DNA of 63,482 nt, the filler included, from Octopus bimaculoides (Eukaryota): NCBI RefSeq assembly GCF_001194135.2. It is 5 parts of 5 records of this genome, joined end to end, with 100 filler letters (N's around TTAATTAATTAA, not from the genome) between each part and the next. Parts side by side here need not be neighbours in the genome. Positions count along the whole stretch, not along the records: positions 1 to 27,941 come from NC_068985.1; 4 more parts are not named here. The stretch is one strand, 5' to 3'. The number at the start of each line of letters is the position of its first letter. Positions within the stretch are counted from its first letter, which is position 1. Below the pieces are notes generated by a model. It had not been told where the DNA came from, did not search any database, and saw nothing but the letters and a program-made list of their open reading frames with translations. Of this stretch, positions 14,045 to 25,303 are shown piece by piece. A program made the translations under genes and the position numbers.

Positions 14045-17000
14045 ACACAACAGACTTCTTCAGTCTTTGTGAACCAGTTCCATTCAGAAGGTATTGGTCA
14101 AACTGTGGTATAATGTAGGATGTTAGTGAACAATATTCATGTTGTGGGACCAAACCCCTAGCCACAGGGTTCCAAAGCAAGCTTATTAACCGCACAACCA
14201 TGAAATAAGGAAGGAAGGAAGGAAAAAGAAGAAAGAAAGAGATAGAAGGAGAGGCAAAGAGAGAGAGAGACAAAGAAAGAAAGAAATGGTAAAATTGTAA
14301 ATGTTAAATTTGTAATTCTTGTTGATCTTTCCAGCCACTTCTGTTCCGGAAGGTTATGTAACGTTTCCTAGAGGCAATGCAGAAGAAACCTATTTGCGAT
14401 ACAGAGATGTCACGTCACCTATCAACCCACAAGATCATAATCTAGATAGTTCTGGAGGAAAAGGTAATTTATTTCGGTGTCGTTCTTGTTGTTGTTGTCA
14501 TCATATAGGGGTTAATATATATGGAATATCTGAGGAGTAAAAACCTTCAAATTTCGTAATCTTTTTTGTTGGTGTTCATGCTTGTATGCACTAGGGGATG
14601 TAAGAGCAAAAATACAATATAGCATATCATGGGAAAATGTCATTGTCTTCATCACCATCATCATCATCATCTTTTAATGTCCATGTGTTGGTATGGCTTG
14701 AAGATTTTGACAGGATCCAATGGGTTGGAGGACTGCATCATATTCCAGTGTCTGCTTTGGCATGGTTTCTATAGCTAGATGCTTTACCTCATACTGATCA
14801 CTTTAGAGAATATATTGGGTACATTTTCATGGCACCAGCACCAGTGAAGTCACCATGTCACTCACAAGACTAAAATCCCCTTCGAGTAAGTGAGACTATT
14901 GGATGGATGGATGGACGGAGAAAGTGAGAGAGGGGGTGGGGTATTTATGTTAAGTGATGAGAGGGTTAAAGCATGAAAGAGGGAGCAGGAACAGGTTTCG
15001 TGTTGTAGAGGAGACATATGGCTTCTTGCATTATACAAGAGTGGATAAGGGTAATTGGGGTGAAGCTGGAAATAGGAATAAAGATAGTTGTGACTAATTG
15101 TCAGAGTTGGCCCTGGGGACAGGGGAAAAGGGAAGGAGGAAGGGTCATTAGGTAGAGGTTGCAAGAGTATATGGGGAGCGGAAGGGATAGTTAGAGATGG
15201 AGCAGAAGTGGGAGGAGTGCGAATATATTGAATAATGCGTAGAAATTGAGAGGGGTTGAGGTGGGAATTGTTTATTTTGACCTTTACTTGTTTCCATAAC
15301 CTCTCAGAATGGTGAGATTGATGCAATCAATGCCCACCCTGAGTATCTGCAGGTAAAACATGATCTCAATGCCTCAGCAGTGTGATCTCCACTAAAAGCA
15401 CTCAAGGACCAGCTGGTGATGTTAAGCTGGGGGGAGGGGTGCATTAGGCCCACTGTTAAGCACTATGTTGCACAACAAATTGTTATATTGTGGAGGATAG
15501 TGTGTACAGAAGAATCAATATATAAATTCTTCAACTTCATATCTCAAAGACAAGTTTACAAGGTATTGACAACCAGCAGAAAGTTTTAAAATTATTGCAG
15601 ATTTCATTATGTTTTAGACAGTACACTTAATTCTGCATCATCCAAATCCACCTTGCTGTTAGTAAGGGGAACCAGACCATCTGGTTCCAATTTCATTTGA
15701 GCTAAACCAGCATCCTATTAAAGAGAAAAATCTTTTTATTACCTTCATTTTGTCTCATGAAAATTCAGGTGAATATCAAAACCAAAGAATTCTTCAGGAC
15801 TTACTTAAAAGACATCTTTATTTCATTTTTAATGATAAATGAGTCATTTAAAATATAGTAAGGAATTTCATTAGGGATTTTGGGCCCTCTATAACTTGTA
15901 ATTGTCTAATGATTTTAATATATTTTAATACATTCACCCCTTAAAATTATATTACCATTAATTATGGAAAGTGGTTTTACCCAACGGCCATGTTCTGTAT
16001 CAGTGTATAATGCTGGAAATTATCTTTCTTATTGACTATGAGACAATGTGACTCACAGAAAAATACCAGTTCTATGTTTTGGTGGATAATTAACATCATT
16101 ACAGGAATGTTAAACGGTTAAACGGTCTCTCATGTTAATATGATTTTTATTTTTTTTATTTATGTGACCTATTAAAACCTAGCCAGGCTCATGGGCCCGG
16201 TTTCCTGGTTTCTATGGCATATGTGTTCCTCCCAGCTGGACGGGACGCCAGTCCATCGCAGCGTTACTCAAGAAACAGGAAGAAAGAGTGAGAGAAAGTT
16301 GGTGTGAAAGAGTACAACAGGGGTCGCCACCACCCCCTGCTGGAGTCCCATGGAGCTTTAGGTGTTTTCACTCAATAAACATACACACAACGCCCAGTTT
16401 GGGAATCGAAACCGTGATCCTCCGACCGCGAGTCTGCTGCCCTAACCATTGGGCCATTGCGCCCCCACCATGTTAATATGATACTGAAATCTTTTGAAAT
16501 CATGTCTTTGTTTCTTGTTTCAGATTCTTGTGATAATGAAGATGAAAGTACAGTGTTTTCTCAGACTGGGGCTTTGACTATCAAAAGTAGTTCAGGCTCC
16601 AGTGGTGGTCTCGCTGCAGCTTTGCAACTTAGTCATAGTAATAGCTCAGACAGTGATGATGTTGTAAGTTCATCATTTCCCAAGAGTCTTTTACCAAAAC
16701 ATGAGTATGTATCCGGTAAGCTCTCAAAAGAACGAGCCCACCAAACCCTATCTCAGCCCTCTGTGATTCCAAAAGAGATGTTGGAGATGCCTAGAGATGA
16801 TGCACTTGGTCTTGCACATTTAGAGATAAGTTCTTCAAACAACCAGCTAAACCGAGGTTATTCTTCTGATCCTTGCCGTTTGACTTGGGGTACAATATCT
16901 GGTGATTCAGTTCTTAACTCAAATCATGACAGGAATCTGTTTTATTTGGATACTCAATATAAAATCCAAAGTGACAGCGCCAAAAGACATTTCACTCCAC

Positions 17001-18123
17001 ATCAGACAGAAAACAATGAAATGAAATCCTTTCCAGGCAAGGAACAAATGTCACAGAATCTGGATTCTTGTATTGGTTCTCCTCTATCAATTTATCCCTC
17101 AGATTTAATAGTTGATCCATACATTAGAACATCGAACCTTGCAGGACAATATGCAAATTTCCCAGTGATTCAACCTGATAACAATACAGCAGGTCAATTT
17201 CTTATGCACAGATCTCCATCACAAAATGAATCAGATTTTCCCTCTGATAAACTTGATCAAAACCACCTACACTTTTTATCTACCAACTTAGGAGGGGTTG
17301 CTCCACCAACAAACTTTCCTGCTGTGAGTGAAAGTAATGTAGTGAGGGATTTATATTTTGGTGATAAATTAGATTCGTTTTCACAACAATGGCTGCCATC
17401 TCACAGTAGCAACAGCAACAATAATGACAGTCTCTTTACGGATGACACGCAAAATAATCCAAATTGTCCCCCTGCCACTCTACAGACTAGAAATGTCAAC
17501 CCTGTAGATTCACCCAATCTACCTGTTTCAGTGACCCCATCTGATATGCCTTCAGATAAACCTCAAACCCTTGTTGAACTTTTACAACAGCTTGGACTCT
17601 TAAAATATTTGCCTGTATTTGAAGAACAAGATGTTGACCTGCAAGTTTTTCTTTCCCTCACGGACAACGACCTTAAAGAAATTGGCATTAAGTAAGTATT
17701 CTCCCTTCATGCATACTTTTATTCTTTTACTTGTTTCAGTCATTGGGCTGTGGTCATGCTGGAGCACCACCTTGGAGTGTTTAGTCTATCAAATCCGCCT
17801 CTGTTTTTTTATTCCTCCAGTAGCTGGCACTTATTCTATTACACTTTTGTTGCTAGATTGCTACATTACAGGGACATAAACAAACCAACACCAGTTGTTC
17901 AGCAATTGGGGACAAACACAAAGACATGCACATACATAACTCTTTTCTCTTTTCTCTTTTACTTGTTTCAGTCATTTGACTGTGGCCATGCTGGGGCACC
18001 GCCTTTAGTCGAGCAAATCGACCCCAGGACTTATTCTTTGTAAGCCTAGGACTTATTCTTTGTAAGCCTAGTACTTATTCTATCGGTCTCTTTTTGCCAA
18101 ACCGCTAAGTTACAGGGATGTAA

Positions 18124-18194
<71 letters not shown>

Positions 18195-19264
18195 TACGAC
18201 GGGCTTCTTTCAGTTTCTGTCTACTAAATCCCCTCACAAGGCTTTGGTCGGCTCAAGGCTATAGTAGAAGACGCTTGCCCAAGGTGTCACACAGTGGGAC
18301 TGAACTCGGAACCATGTGGTTGGTAAGCAAGCTACTTACCACACAGCCACTCCTGCGCCTACATTATGTGTGTGTGTATTTGTGTATATGTGTGTGCTTG
18401 TGTATGAATGCATTCGTACTGCAAAGAATTTAGTGTGGCACTCTACTGCTTCTACATTTTCACACATATGCACGCATGCACTCTTATAAATATTTTTCAG
18501 ATTGTCTTTATTATTCAATTTTTTACTTCTTTGTTATATAAAGGTTGTTTGGTCCTCGGAGGAAAATGGCCAGTGCTATTGCACGTTGGCATAGTAATGT
18601 GCGAACACCCTGTGATGGGTTGGAACGGGCTTATGCAGATCGTCTTGAAGCAGAAATGCAGGAAATGGCTATTCAACTTCATCAAGTAAGAAACAGCTCA
18701 ATCTCTTTTCCTTTTCTTTTTTTTTATAAGGGAGACAACTGTTGAAGATAGGAAAGGTAGACTATTGGTCTATTGGCCAGAACGAAGTGTGTCTTTGAGG
18801 TCAGAATTTCCATTTTTGAACTTGGCATACCAACCATGAGCGATTGTTTCAACTATAGCACCCTGTCCATACACAGCACAAATGTCGTGAGCAGCTTTTG
18901 CGGCCTTAGAACCTTGATTAAAAGCAAAAAGAAGGAGGTGTTGAAAATGCTTGTTTTTCTTAACTTGACATTCCATTTTAATTATCTGAAAATAAACAAA
19001 AATGAACTAAAATTAATTAGAAAAATAAACAAAATAGATTCCAAAATGATTCAAAAATAGAATTTTCAAAAGAAATAGATTCCAAAATTTAAAACCACAA
19101 TATATTCCAAAATTTAAAAAAACAGCAGGAACTTAGTTGCCAACCCAATAGATGGTGAATATCCTAAGGAATAATCATTTAAAGATGTTTTTGTTACATG
19201 TTGTTATTGTTTTTGTTGAATAAAATTTGTTGAAAAAAAGCTGCAATAATCATGCACCAACCCA

Positions 19265-19300
<36 letters not shown>

Positions 19301-20106
19301 AACAGTGAAGATTAGTTGTGTAACAGTAATATGGGATGTTGGCGTTGTAATCAGTTTGTAAAGATTGGTTCTTCATTGATTGCCATTATGTTAAGATGAA
19401 AGAACAGTGATTGAAGTTGTGAAGAAAATATTTATTTACCGTTACATTGAATACACCTTGCCTTGATGGGCAGGTGATAAAATCCTAGAGCATGCAAAGT
19501 AAAGTTAGATGTGGTAGATTTTCCTTGTATAGTTTTGTGTACATATTTTCTTAGCAGGAATCCACAGATAGAGAACAGAATTAGAGCTAGTGAAAGTTGT
19601 AAGGTCATGGGAAGTTGTCTCATAGTTGCTGACAGTAAATTTCGCTTCTCCCTCTGACCACTGTCTTTAGTAGCTACCTTGCTTGTGATCATGATTCTAG
19701 TGTTCCACTCCCTAACTGATGGTAGCTGTCTCTGACAGAAGTTGTCATTCATTAACTAACTGATTGAGTTGTCACGAGCCGACTAACTGAGTTGTCACCA
19801 AGTGACTAACTGATTTTTGCTTGGGGGTTCTTGTTTTTATAACTATCCAGGAGGACAGACATATCGTTGAGAACAATGGATTTAGTTGGTGGTACTTCTT
19901 ATCTTAATTCTAGCTTTTGGTGGTCTAGGAGAGATTAGAATGGTCAAGTGATGAAGACATTATTTCAGCCTAGCTAAGGCAATCTGGCAAATGTAAAACT
20001 GCTGTCACAGAAAAACCATTGTTCCACTGTGAGAAAAGTTCTATTGAACTGTTACTTGAAATTTGGCTATGGTGGATCGAATCCACTTCATGCCTGCATG
20101 ATTCTC

Positions 20107-20141
<35 letters not shown>

Positions 20142-21153
20142 GGAATAATTACTATGAAGCTGTGTGTAGAATATATTGTACAAAGGATCTTGGGTAAGGC
20201 CAGAACAATGCGAAGTAAATGCAAGGTAAATCACAAGACAATGAATATATGAAGTCTACATTAATTCATATATTCGATTTGCCTTGCATTTACTTCGCAT
20301 TGTTCTGACCTTACCCTAGATCCTTTATACAATATATATATATATANNNNNNNNNNNNNNNNNNNNNNNNNNNNNNNNNNNNNNNNNNNNNNNNNNNNNN
20401 NNNNNNNNNNNNNNNNNNNNNNNNNNNNNNNNNNNNNNNNNNNNNNNNNNNNNNNNNNNNNNNNNNNNNNNNNNNNNNNNNNNNNNNNNNNNNNNNNNNN
20501 NNNNNNNNNNNNNNNNNNNNNNNNNNNNNNNNNNNNNNNNNNNNNNNNNNNNNNNNNNNNNNNNNNNNNNNNNNNNNNNNNNNNNNNNNNNNNNNNNNNN
20601 NNNNNNNNNNNNNNNNNNNNNNNNNNNNNNNNNNNNNNNNNNNNNNNNNNNNNNNNNNNNNNNNNNNNNNNNNNNNNNNNNNNNNNNNNNNNNNNNNNNN
20701 NNNNNNNNNNNNNNNNNNNNNNNNNNNNNNNNNNNNNNNNNNNNNNNNNNNNNNNNNNNNNNNNNNNNNNNNNNNNNNNNNNNNNNNNNNNNNNNNNNNN
20801 NNNNNNNNNNNNNNNNNNNNNNNNNNNNNNNNNNNNNNNNNNNNNNNNNNNNNNNNNNNNNNNNNNNNNNNNNNNNNNNNNNNNNNNNNNNNNNNNNNNN
20901 NNNNNNNNNNNNNNNNNNNNNNNNNNNNNNNNNNNNNNNNNNNNNNNNNNNNNNNNNNNNNNNNNNNNNNNNNNNNNNNNNNNNNNNNNNNNNNNNNNNN
21001 NNNNNNNNNNNNNNNNNNNNNNNNNNNNNNNNNNNNNNNNNNNNNNNNNNNNNNNNNNNNNNNNNNNNNNNNNNNNNNNNNNNNNNNNNNNNNNNNNNNN
21101 NNNNNNNNNNNNNNNNNNNNNNNNNNNNNNNNNNNNNNNNNNNNNNNNNNNNN

Positions 21154-21203
<50 letters not shown>

Positions 21204-21364
21204 GTAGAATAAGAAATAGAAAGCCCTTGCTATAGTATTATTTATTTGGAAAAGTGAATAGAAATGGCTTTTCTGACAATTTTTCCACTTAAATAATTAG
21301 ATGTTTATAAGTTTATAAACATCTGATTATTGAAGTGGAAAAACCCATTTCTATTAATTTTTTT

Positions 21365-21397
<33 letters not shown>

Positions 21398-22646
21398 CCC
21401 TTTAGCAATTTAAACCAGCCGTGTCAAGCCCATATATATTCTACATGCTTTATGTTCTAATGGACCAAATTCATCTTCTGACCGCAGTTATGCAATGTCT
21501 TTCTAAAAATATACTGACGTCATTGAAATCTAGAAAAGGGAGATAATGCATGATTAATTCAAATCAATTTGAATTAATAAGCATTATTTTTTACAAAATA
21601 ATCTAAATGCTCAAGGGTTATTCTTTTATTCTTTTACATGTGGCCATTAATTTTCTTTTGATTTTTCTTTTGCCAGGCTAATTCTCAGGTAAAACTACTC
21701 GAAGCTGAAATACTTCAGGAACAGAAGTTACGTTCTGTGACTGAGGGCTGCTTTATGGAAGAACGAGCTCTTCGTCAGCGTGAGAGATGTCGAATGGAGG
21801 AAATATGCTGTCAGTGTCAACAATTACAAGAAGCATTTGAACAACTCAGGTAATGAAATTCATCATCATCATCATCATCATCATCCTCATGTAATGTTCA
21901 TTTTCCATCCTGCAATGGGTTGGACAATTTAACAGGAGCTGACTAACCAGAGAGCTACACCAGGCCCTGTTGTCTGCTTTGGTATGGTTTCTATGGCTGG
22001 ATACCCCTCCAAATAGCAATTAATTTCCAGAGTGTACTGGGAGTTTTTTGTGGCCCCAGCACAGGTGCTTTTTACATGACACGTTATGTGTATGTGTGTG
22101 TGTGTGTGTGTGTGTGTTTGAAAGCACATGGTTCAGTGTCAAGCTCACAATCATAAGGTAGTGAGTTCGACTCCGGGACCAGGACACTTTACTTTACATT
22201 GCTCCAATTCACTCCAACTGACTTGCGACATGATGGGTGCCAAGTTGTATCGGCCTTTGTCTTTCCCTTGGATAACATCAGTGGTGTGGAGAGGTGAGGC
22301 TGGTATACATGGGCAACTGCTGGTCTTCCATAAACCACCTTGCCCGGACTTGTGCCTCAGAGGGGAAATTTCTAGGTGCAATCCCATGGTCATTAATGAC
22401 CGAAAGAAGTCTTTACTCATTTTTACCCTTTTATATGTGTGTATGCATGTGTATGTGTGGATTGTGTATCTATGTTTGTCTCCCCCCACCATCACTTGAC
22501 AACCGATGTTGGTGTGTTTACATCCCCTTAACTTAGCGGTTCGGCAAAAGAGTAAAGAACAAGTCCTGGGGTCGATTTGTTCAACTAAAGGTGGTGCTCC
22601 AGCATGGTTGCAGTCAGATGACTGAAACAAATAATAGTATATACAC

Positions 22647-22693
<47 letters not shown>

Positions 22694-23245
22694 TGTGTGT
22701 GTGGCTGTGTGGTTAAAAAGCTTGCTTCCCAACCGTTTGACTTCAGAATCAGTCCTACTGTGCAGCACCTTGGGCGAGTATCTTGTGTTATAGCTCTTCT
22801 GAATTGATTTTGTTGATGGAAACTAAAAGAAGCCTGTTGTGTGCGAGTGTGTGTGTCTACCTTTTTTTTGTCATTAAGTGATGGTTGTAAATGAACATCA
22901 CAGTTATACAAGTCGTGTTGTGTATACCATAATATGAACTCTAATCACTTATAGATTTATTATTTCACTAAAATGATCTTTATTTTGTTTTGTTGTAGAT
23001 ATTATCGGTCTGAACTGCATGAGAAATTGTTGAATCTTATCTCAGGTGATGTGAAGAAAGAACCATGTGGGAGAGAAACTATTCCTCTGGATTCTTCCTT
23101 TCTCAAAGAACTGGATGTTGTGAAGAAAATGGATATTTGCTCGAATGAGCTTAAACAGAAAATGGACTTCATCAGTAGCGCATTAAACGATCTTTTATTG
23201 CAGGAAAATATTTCACCTGCATTTGTACCGACCGCATTTTCTTAG
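3715..23245 (+). CDS. ANKS3: Ankyrin repeat and SAM domain-containing protein 3; join(3715..3911,4329..4527,6535..6656,6940..7021,9586..9697,10947..11027,12107..12235,14335..14463,16524..17691,18544..18685,21677..21849,22999..23245), 2781 nt, ~926 aa
   Basis: All 11 introns are GT-AG and phases chain without a stop. Translation shows ANKS3 hallmarks recalled from the vertebrate protein: [115 protein letters not shown]. Confidence 0.95.
4329..4527 (+). CDS. ANKS3: ANKS3 coding exon 2 (ankyrin repeats)
   Basis: tttctag acceptor; [24 protein letters not shown]...YFLFQ; CAG|GTAACA donor. Confidence 0.95.
4847..5260 (+). mobile_element. tRNA-derived SINE family A, full length (partial copy 4612-4760 upstream)
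   Basis: A/B-box-like head (gtggctgtggggtaag...ggttcagtccc), central microsatellite, tail cagcatggccgcagtcaaatgactgaaac. Confidence 0.85.
5851..6060. mobile_element. piggyBac-type MITE
   Basis: TTAA|CCCTTT...AAAGGG|TTTTAA ends; the same family occurs at 46460-46826. Confidence 0.7.
6068..6492 (+). mobile_element. SINE family B dimer (core tttgcctttcatcctttcggggtcgataaa, MetaSINE-like)
   Basis: Two tandem copies (6068-6284, ~6333-6492). The superfamily name is an inference. Confidence 0.78.
6535..6656 (+). CDS. ANKS3: ANKS3 coding exon 3 (ankyrin repeat)
   Basis: ttttccag acceptor; [40 protein letters not shown]; AG|GTATAT donor. Missed by the ORF track. Confidence 0.95.
6831..6926. repeat. 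(ATT)n microsatellite abutting the ANKS3 exon 4 acceptor
   Basis: Seen directly. Confidence 0.95.
6940..7021 (+). CDS. ANKS3: ANKS3 coding exon 4
   Basis: ggcag acceptor; [27 protein letters not shown]; donor GTA immediately before a gap. Confidence 0.93.
8835..8940 (+). mobile_element. Mariner transposase N-terminal remnant
   Basis: [24 protein letters not shown] resembles QRANIKFCVKLGKSATET. Confidence 0.55.
9120..9320 (-). mobile_element. SINE family B (other - copies ~2390-2600, 2645-2850, 11722-11885, 49311-49525, 49561-49670, 63232-63350)
   Basis: Reverse complement of the family B core. Confidence 0.8.
9586..9697 (+). CDS. ANKS3: ANKS3 coding exon 5
   Basis: tttcag acceptor; [37 protein letters not shown]; donor G|GTCAGG (weak consensus, but gives the needed phase 1). 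Confidence 0.88.
10336..10827 (+). pseudogene. Decayed R/E/Q-rich ORF, probably a Helitron Rep/helicase N-terminal remnant
   Basis: One frame from ATG 10336 to TAG 10827 with two TGA codons at Arg positions; [15 protein letters not shown]-type repeats. Confidence 0.55.
10947..11027 (+). CDS. ANKS3: ANKS3 coding exon 6 (linker)
   Basis: tttccag acceptor and G|GTTTGT donor; 81 nt, phase 1-1, open ([27 protein letters not shown]); no recognisable homology. Confidence 0.72.
12107..12235 (+). CDS. ANKS3: ANKS3 coding exon 7
   Basis: cttcag acceptor; [15 protein letters not shown] resembles the vertebrate SIHEGPRALARI segment; A|GTAAGT donor. Confidence 0.9.
12557..12720 (+). mobile_element. SINE family A, 5-prime half
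   Basis: Same head and core as 4847-5260. Confidence 0.8.
14335..14463 (+). CDS. ANKS3: ANKS3 coding exon 8
   Basis: tttccag acceptor; PEGYVTF...RDVTSPIN motif; G|GTAATT donor. Confidence 0.92.
14960..15330 (-). mobile_element. Old Penelope-like fragment
   Basis: The - strand resembles the C/T-rich region after the GLN motif of the 56830-57611 element. Confidence 0.35.
16170..16466 (-). mobile_element. SINE family C
   Basis: tRNA-like head at 16466 and the same core and tail as 62067-62312. Confidence 0.78.
16524..17691 (+). CDS. ANKS3: ANKS3 coding exon 9 (long S/N/D/P-rich linker plus N-terminal part of SAM domain)
   Basis: tttcag acceptor; 1168-nt open frame (ORF 16457..17695); AA|GTAAGT donor. 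Confidence 0.95.
17713..18360 (-). mobile_element. SINE family A, full length, with an extra duplicated 3-prime half
   Basis: Head at 18360; tails ending at ~17941 and ~17713. Confidence 0.85.
18544..18685 (+). CDS. ANKS3: ANKS3 coding exon 10 (end of SAM domain, start of coiled coil)
   Basis: [16 protein letters not shown]...MAIQLHQ; CAA|GTAAGA donor. Confidence 0.95.
18760..19265 (-). mobile_element. Mariner transposon 5-prime remnant
   Basis: [40 protein letters not shown]...WYAKFKNGN (HTH_48-like); TIR-like ttgggttggtgca after TA. Confidence 0.8.
20172..20336. repeat. Long inverted repeat (61-bp outer arms plus 11-bp inner arms)
   Basis: 20172-20232 pairs with 20276-20336 (4 non-WC positions); 20243-20253 pairs with 20265-20275. 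Confidence 0.92.
21677..21849 (+). CDS. ANKS3: ANKS3 coding exon 11 (coiled coil)
   Basis: tgccag acceptor; [30 protein letters not shown]; AG|GTAATG donor. Confidence 0.9.
22999..23245 (+). CDS. ANKS3: ANKS3 last coding exon, stop TAG
   Basis: tgttgtag acceptor; phase 2 matches exon 11; [11 protein letters not shown]...PTAFS*. Confidence 0.85.
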
Positions 23246-24355
23246 CAACAACAACATCAGAAGCATTTCTGTAAAATTTCAATGTCTGTCACCAAACATT
23301 TTCCATTTCTGACATTTGTCCTCAAAGCACATACCAAAGAAATTTCAACATTGTTGTTTGATCTGGTCGAGTTCGTCTCAACAAACTCCTTCAATAGGGA
23401 CCATATGTTTTTGTTTTGTTTTGTTGGATTTTTTAAACTTCTAAATCTTAGGAATACATGCCTTACAATTAAAACAAGATAGCTATAATTAGAAATGTAA
23501 ATCTAATTCTTCGTTTGGCCAGAGAGTTCCGTATTTGTATTTACGCAAACAGAATTGACCAGGGCTATCCAACAACAACAATAATTACAAACCAAAGAAA
23601 CAAGTGGGAGATGGGGGGGCGGTCTACAGAATTAGTATGAAAGGGGATATGGATGCTAGAAGTAGTAGCCACATTGTCCTCATGTCAGACACTAAATACC
23701 ATCTTAAAAAGGAAGAACACTTACTCAGGATTATGTTGCTTTGGAACCATTACAAGATGGACAAGGTATGGATACCTTTTATCATGTGTCTGAACCGTCA
23801 AGGTTTACAAGTTTACCTGGGATTTAATGACAACAGAAATAACTTTGTGATGTGTGGTGTAGTCTGACCACTGTGCCTTGTATTAAACTACTGTCCTTCA
23901 CATCATACTCATCTTTATCATCATCATCATCATCATCATCATCATTATCGTTATCTTCATTGTCGTATGTATAAACTTTTATGATAAGTTGTCGTAATAA
24001 TTTGTTTTACCAGACTATCTCTTACTTTTTCATTTGCAAAATATTTTCATTGGTTCCATTCCAAGCATTCTTAGCTGTCCCATTCCTAAATATGTATATT
24101 TTGCCAAGCTGGATTTGAAACTAGAATCTTTATCTCTAAACAAAATTTTTAAACAAAGAGTCTTTAAACCCAATCCCCTAGGTAACAATATATTTAAATT
24201 CAATTTTCTTCTCTTATAGCAGCCTTACTGGGTTAATACCTGCATTACTCTTACTGGTTGGCCTATCATGAAGTATTACAATATGCACAGTTTCTTTGAT
24301 TATATTTGGAGTTTCTACTGCTGTTCTTTATCTAATAAGCCAGAGAAGAGCCCCT

Positions 24356-24722
24356 TTGTTGACTGGTATCCTGAGAAGGGCCACTCAGTTGACTGGTATC
24401 TTAAGAAGGGCTACTCAGTCGATTGGTATCTTGAGAAGGGCCACTTGGTTGACTGGTGTCCTGAGAAGGGCCACTTGGTTGACTGGTGTCCTGAGAAGGG
24501 CCACTTGGTTGACTGGTATCGTGAGAAGGGCCACTCGGTTGACTGGTATCTAAACAAGGGCCATTCAGTTGATTGGTATCGTGAGAAGGGCCACTCGGTT
24601 GACTGGTATCCTGAGAAGGGTTACTTGGTTGACTGGTATCTTGAGAAGGGTCACTCGGTGGTACCTTGAGAAGGGCCACTCGGTTGACTGGTATCCTGAG
24701 AATGACCATTTGGTTGACTGGC
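24356..24722. repeat. 30-bp minisatellite, ~12 copies (gactggtatcctgagaagggccactYRgtt)
   Basis: 30-nt phase is visible across sequence lines; one internally shortened unit near 24660. Confidence 0.95.
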
Positions 24723-24829
24723 ATTCTATAACTAACAGACTCAGTCTATCTTCTGGACCCCAAGCATGCTGTTACTTGTTTTGTTTTGTTTTTTCTATTA
24801 CTGCTGTAATAGCCTCTGCCCCAGAGACT

Positions 24830-25060
24830 TGGCTAGTTTCATACTTCCACCCCTCAGGTACTCCCAATCCACATGTCGCACTTGCTTCTCCTTACCCTTG
24901 GTGCATCAAAGCTTCCCCCCACCTTTCCCCTGCACAAACTACTATGCCAACTCCTTCTTTCTCAGAACATAGGCCCTCTAGAATCTCATCCCTGCTCATG
25001 TCTTTCTTACAGGTGTTGACATACAATTTAAATGGATCTGTCTCACCAGTTTTAGAGAAC
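24830..25060 (+). mobile_element. Old LINE 3-prime fragment (L2/CR1-like)
   Basis: CTNYYANSFFLRT motif typical of the RT C-terminal tail. Confidence 0.45.
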
Positions 25061-25303
25061 CTGCAAAAGTTTTGGGCTCTGTTCCTTCCTCCAGGATACA
25101 GCAAGTTTGATTCCAGTTTAGTGCTGCCATTACCAAAGATCATCCTGTGGCTTAGTGGATTAAGATATTAATAATCTTTGTATGGATATAAAACTGCTAC
25201 AATTACATCCAGTCTGAGACAATGTACATAATCAGGAGTGCAGCAATTGACAATGATTGATTATTGAACCAACAGAAATACAAAAGTTGAAGTTGATAGT
25301 TCA

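Noticed and set aside
19418-19875. Possible solo LTR (TG...CA)
   Set aside because: No TSD, PBS or second copy visible.
24356-24722. 30-bp and 31-bp (52988-53155) arrays as CRISPR
   Set aside because: Head-to-tail repeats with no unique spacers, no cas genes, and a eukaryotic context.
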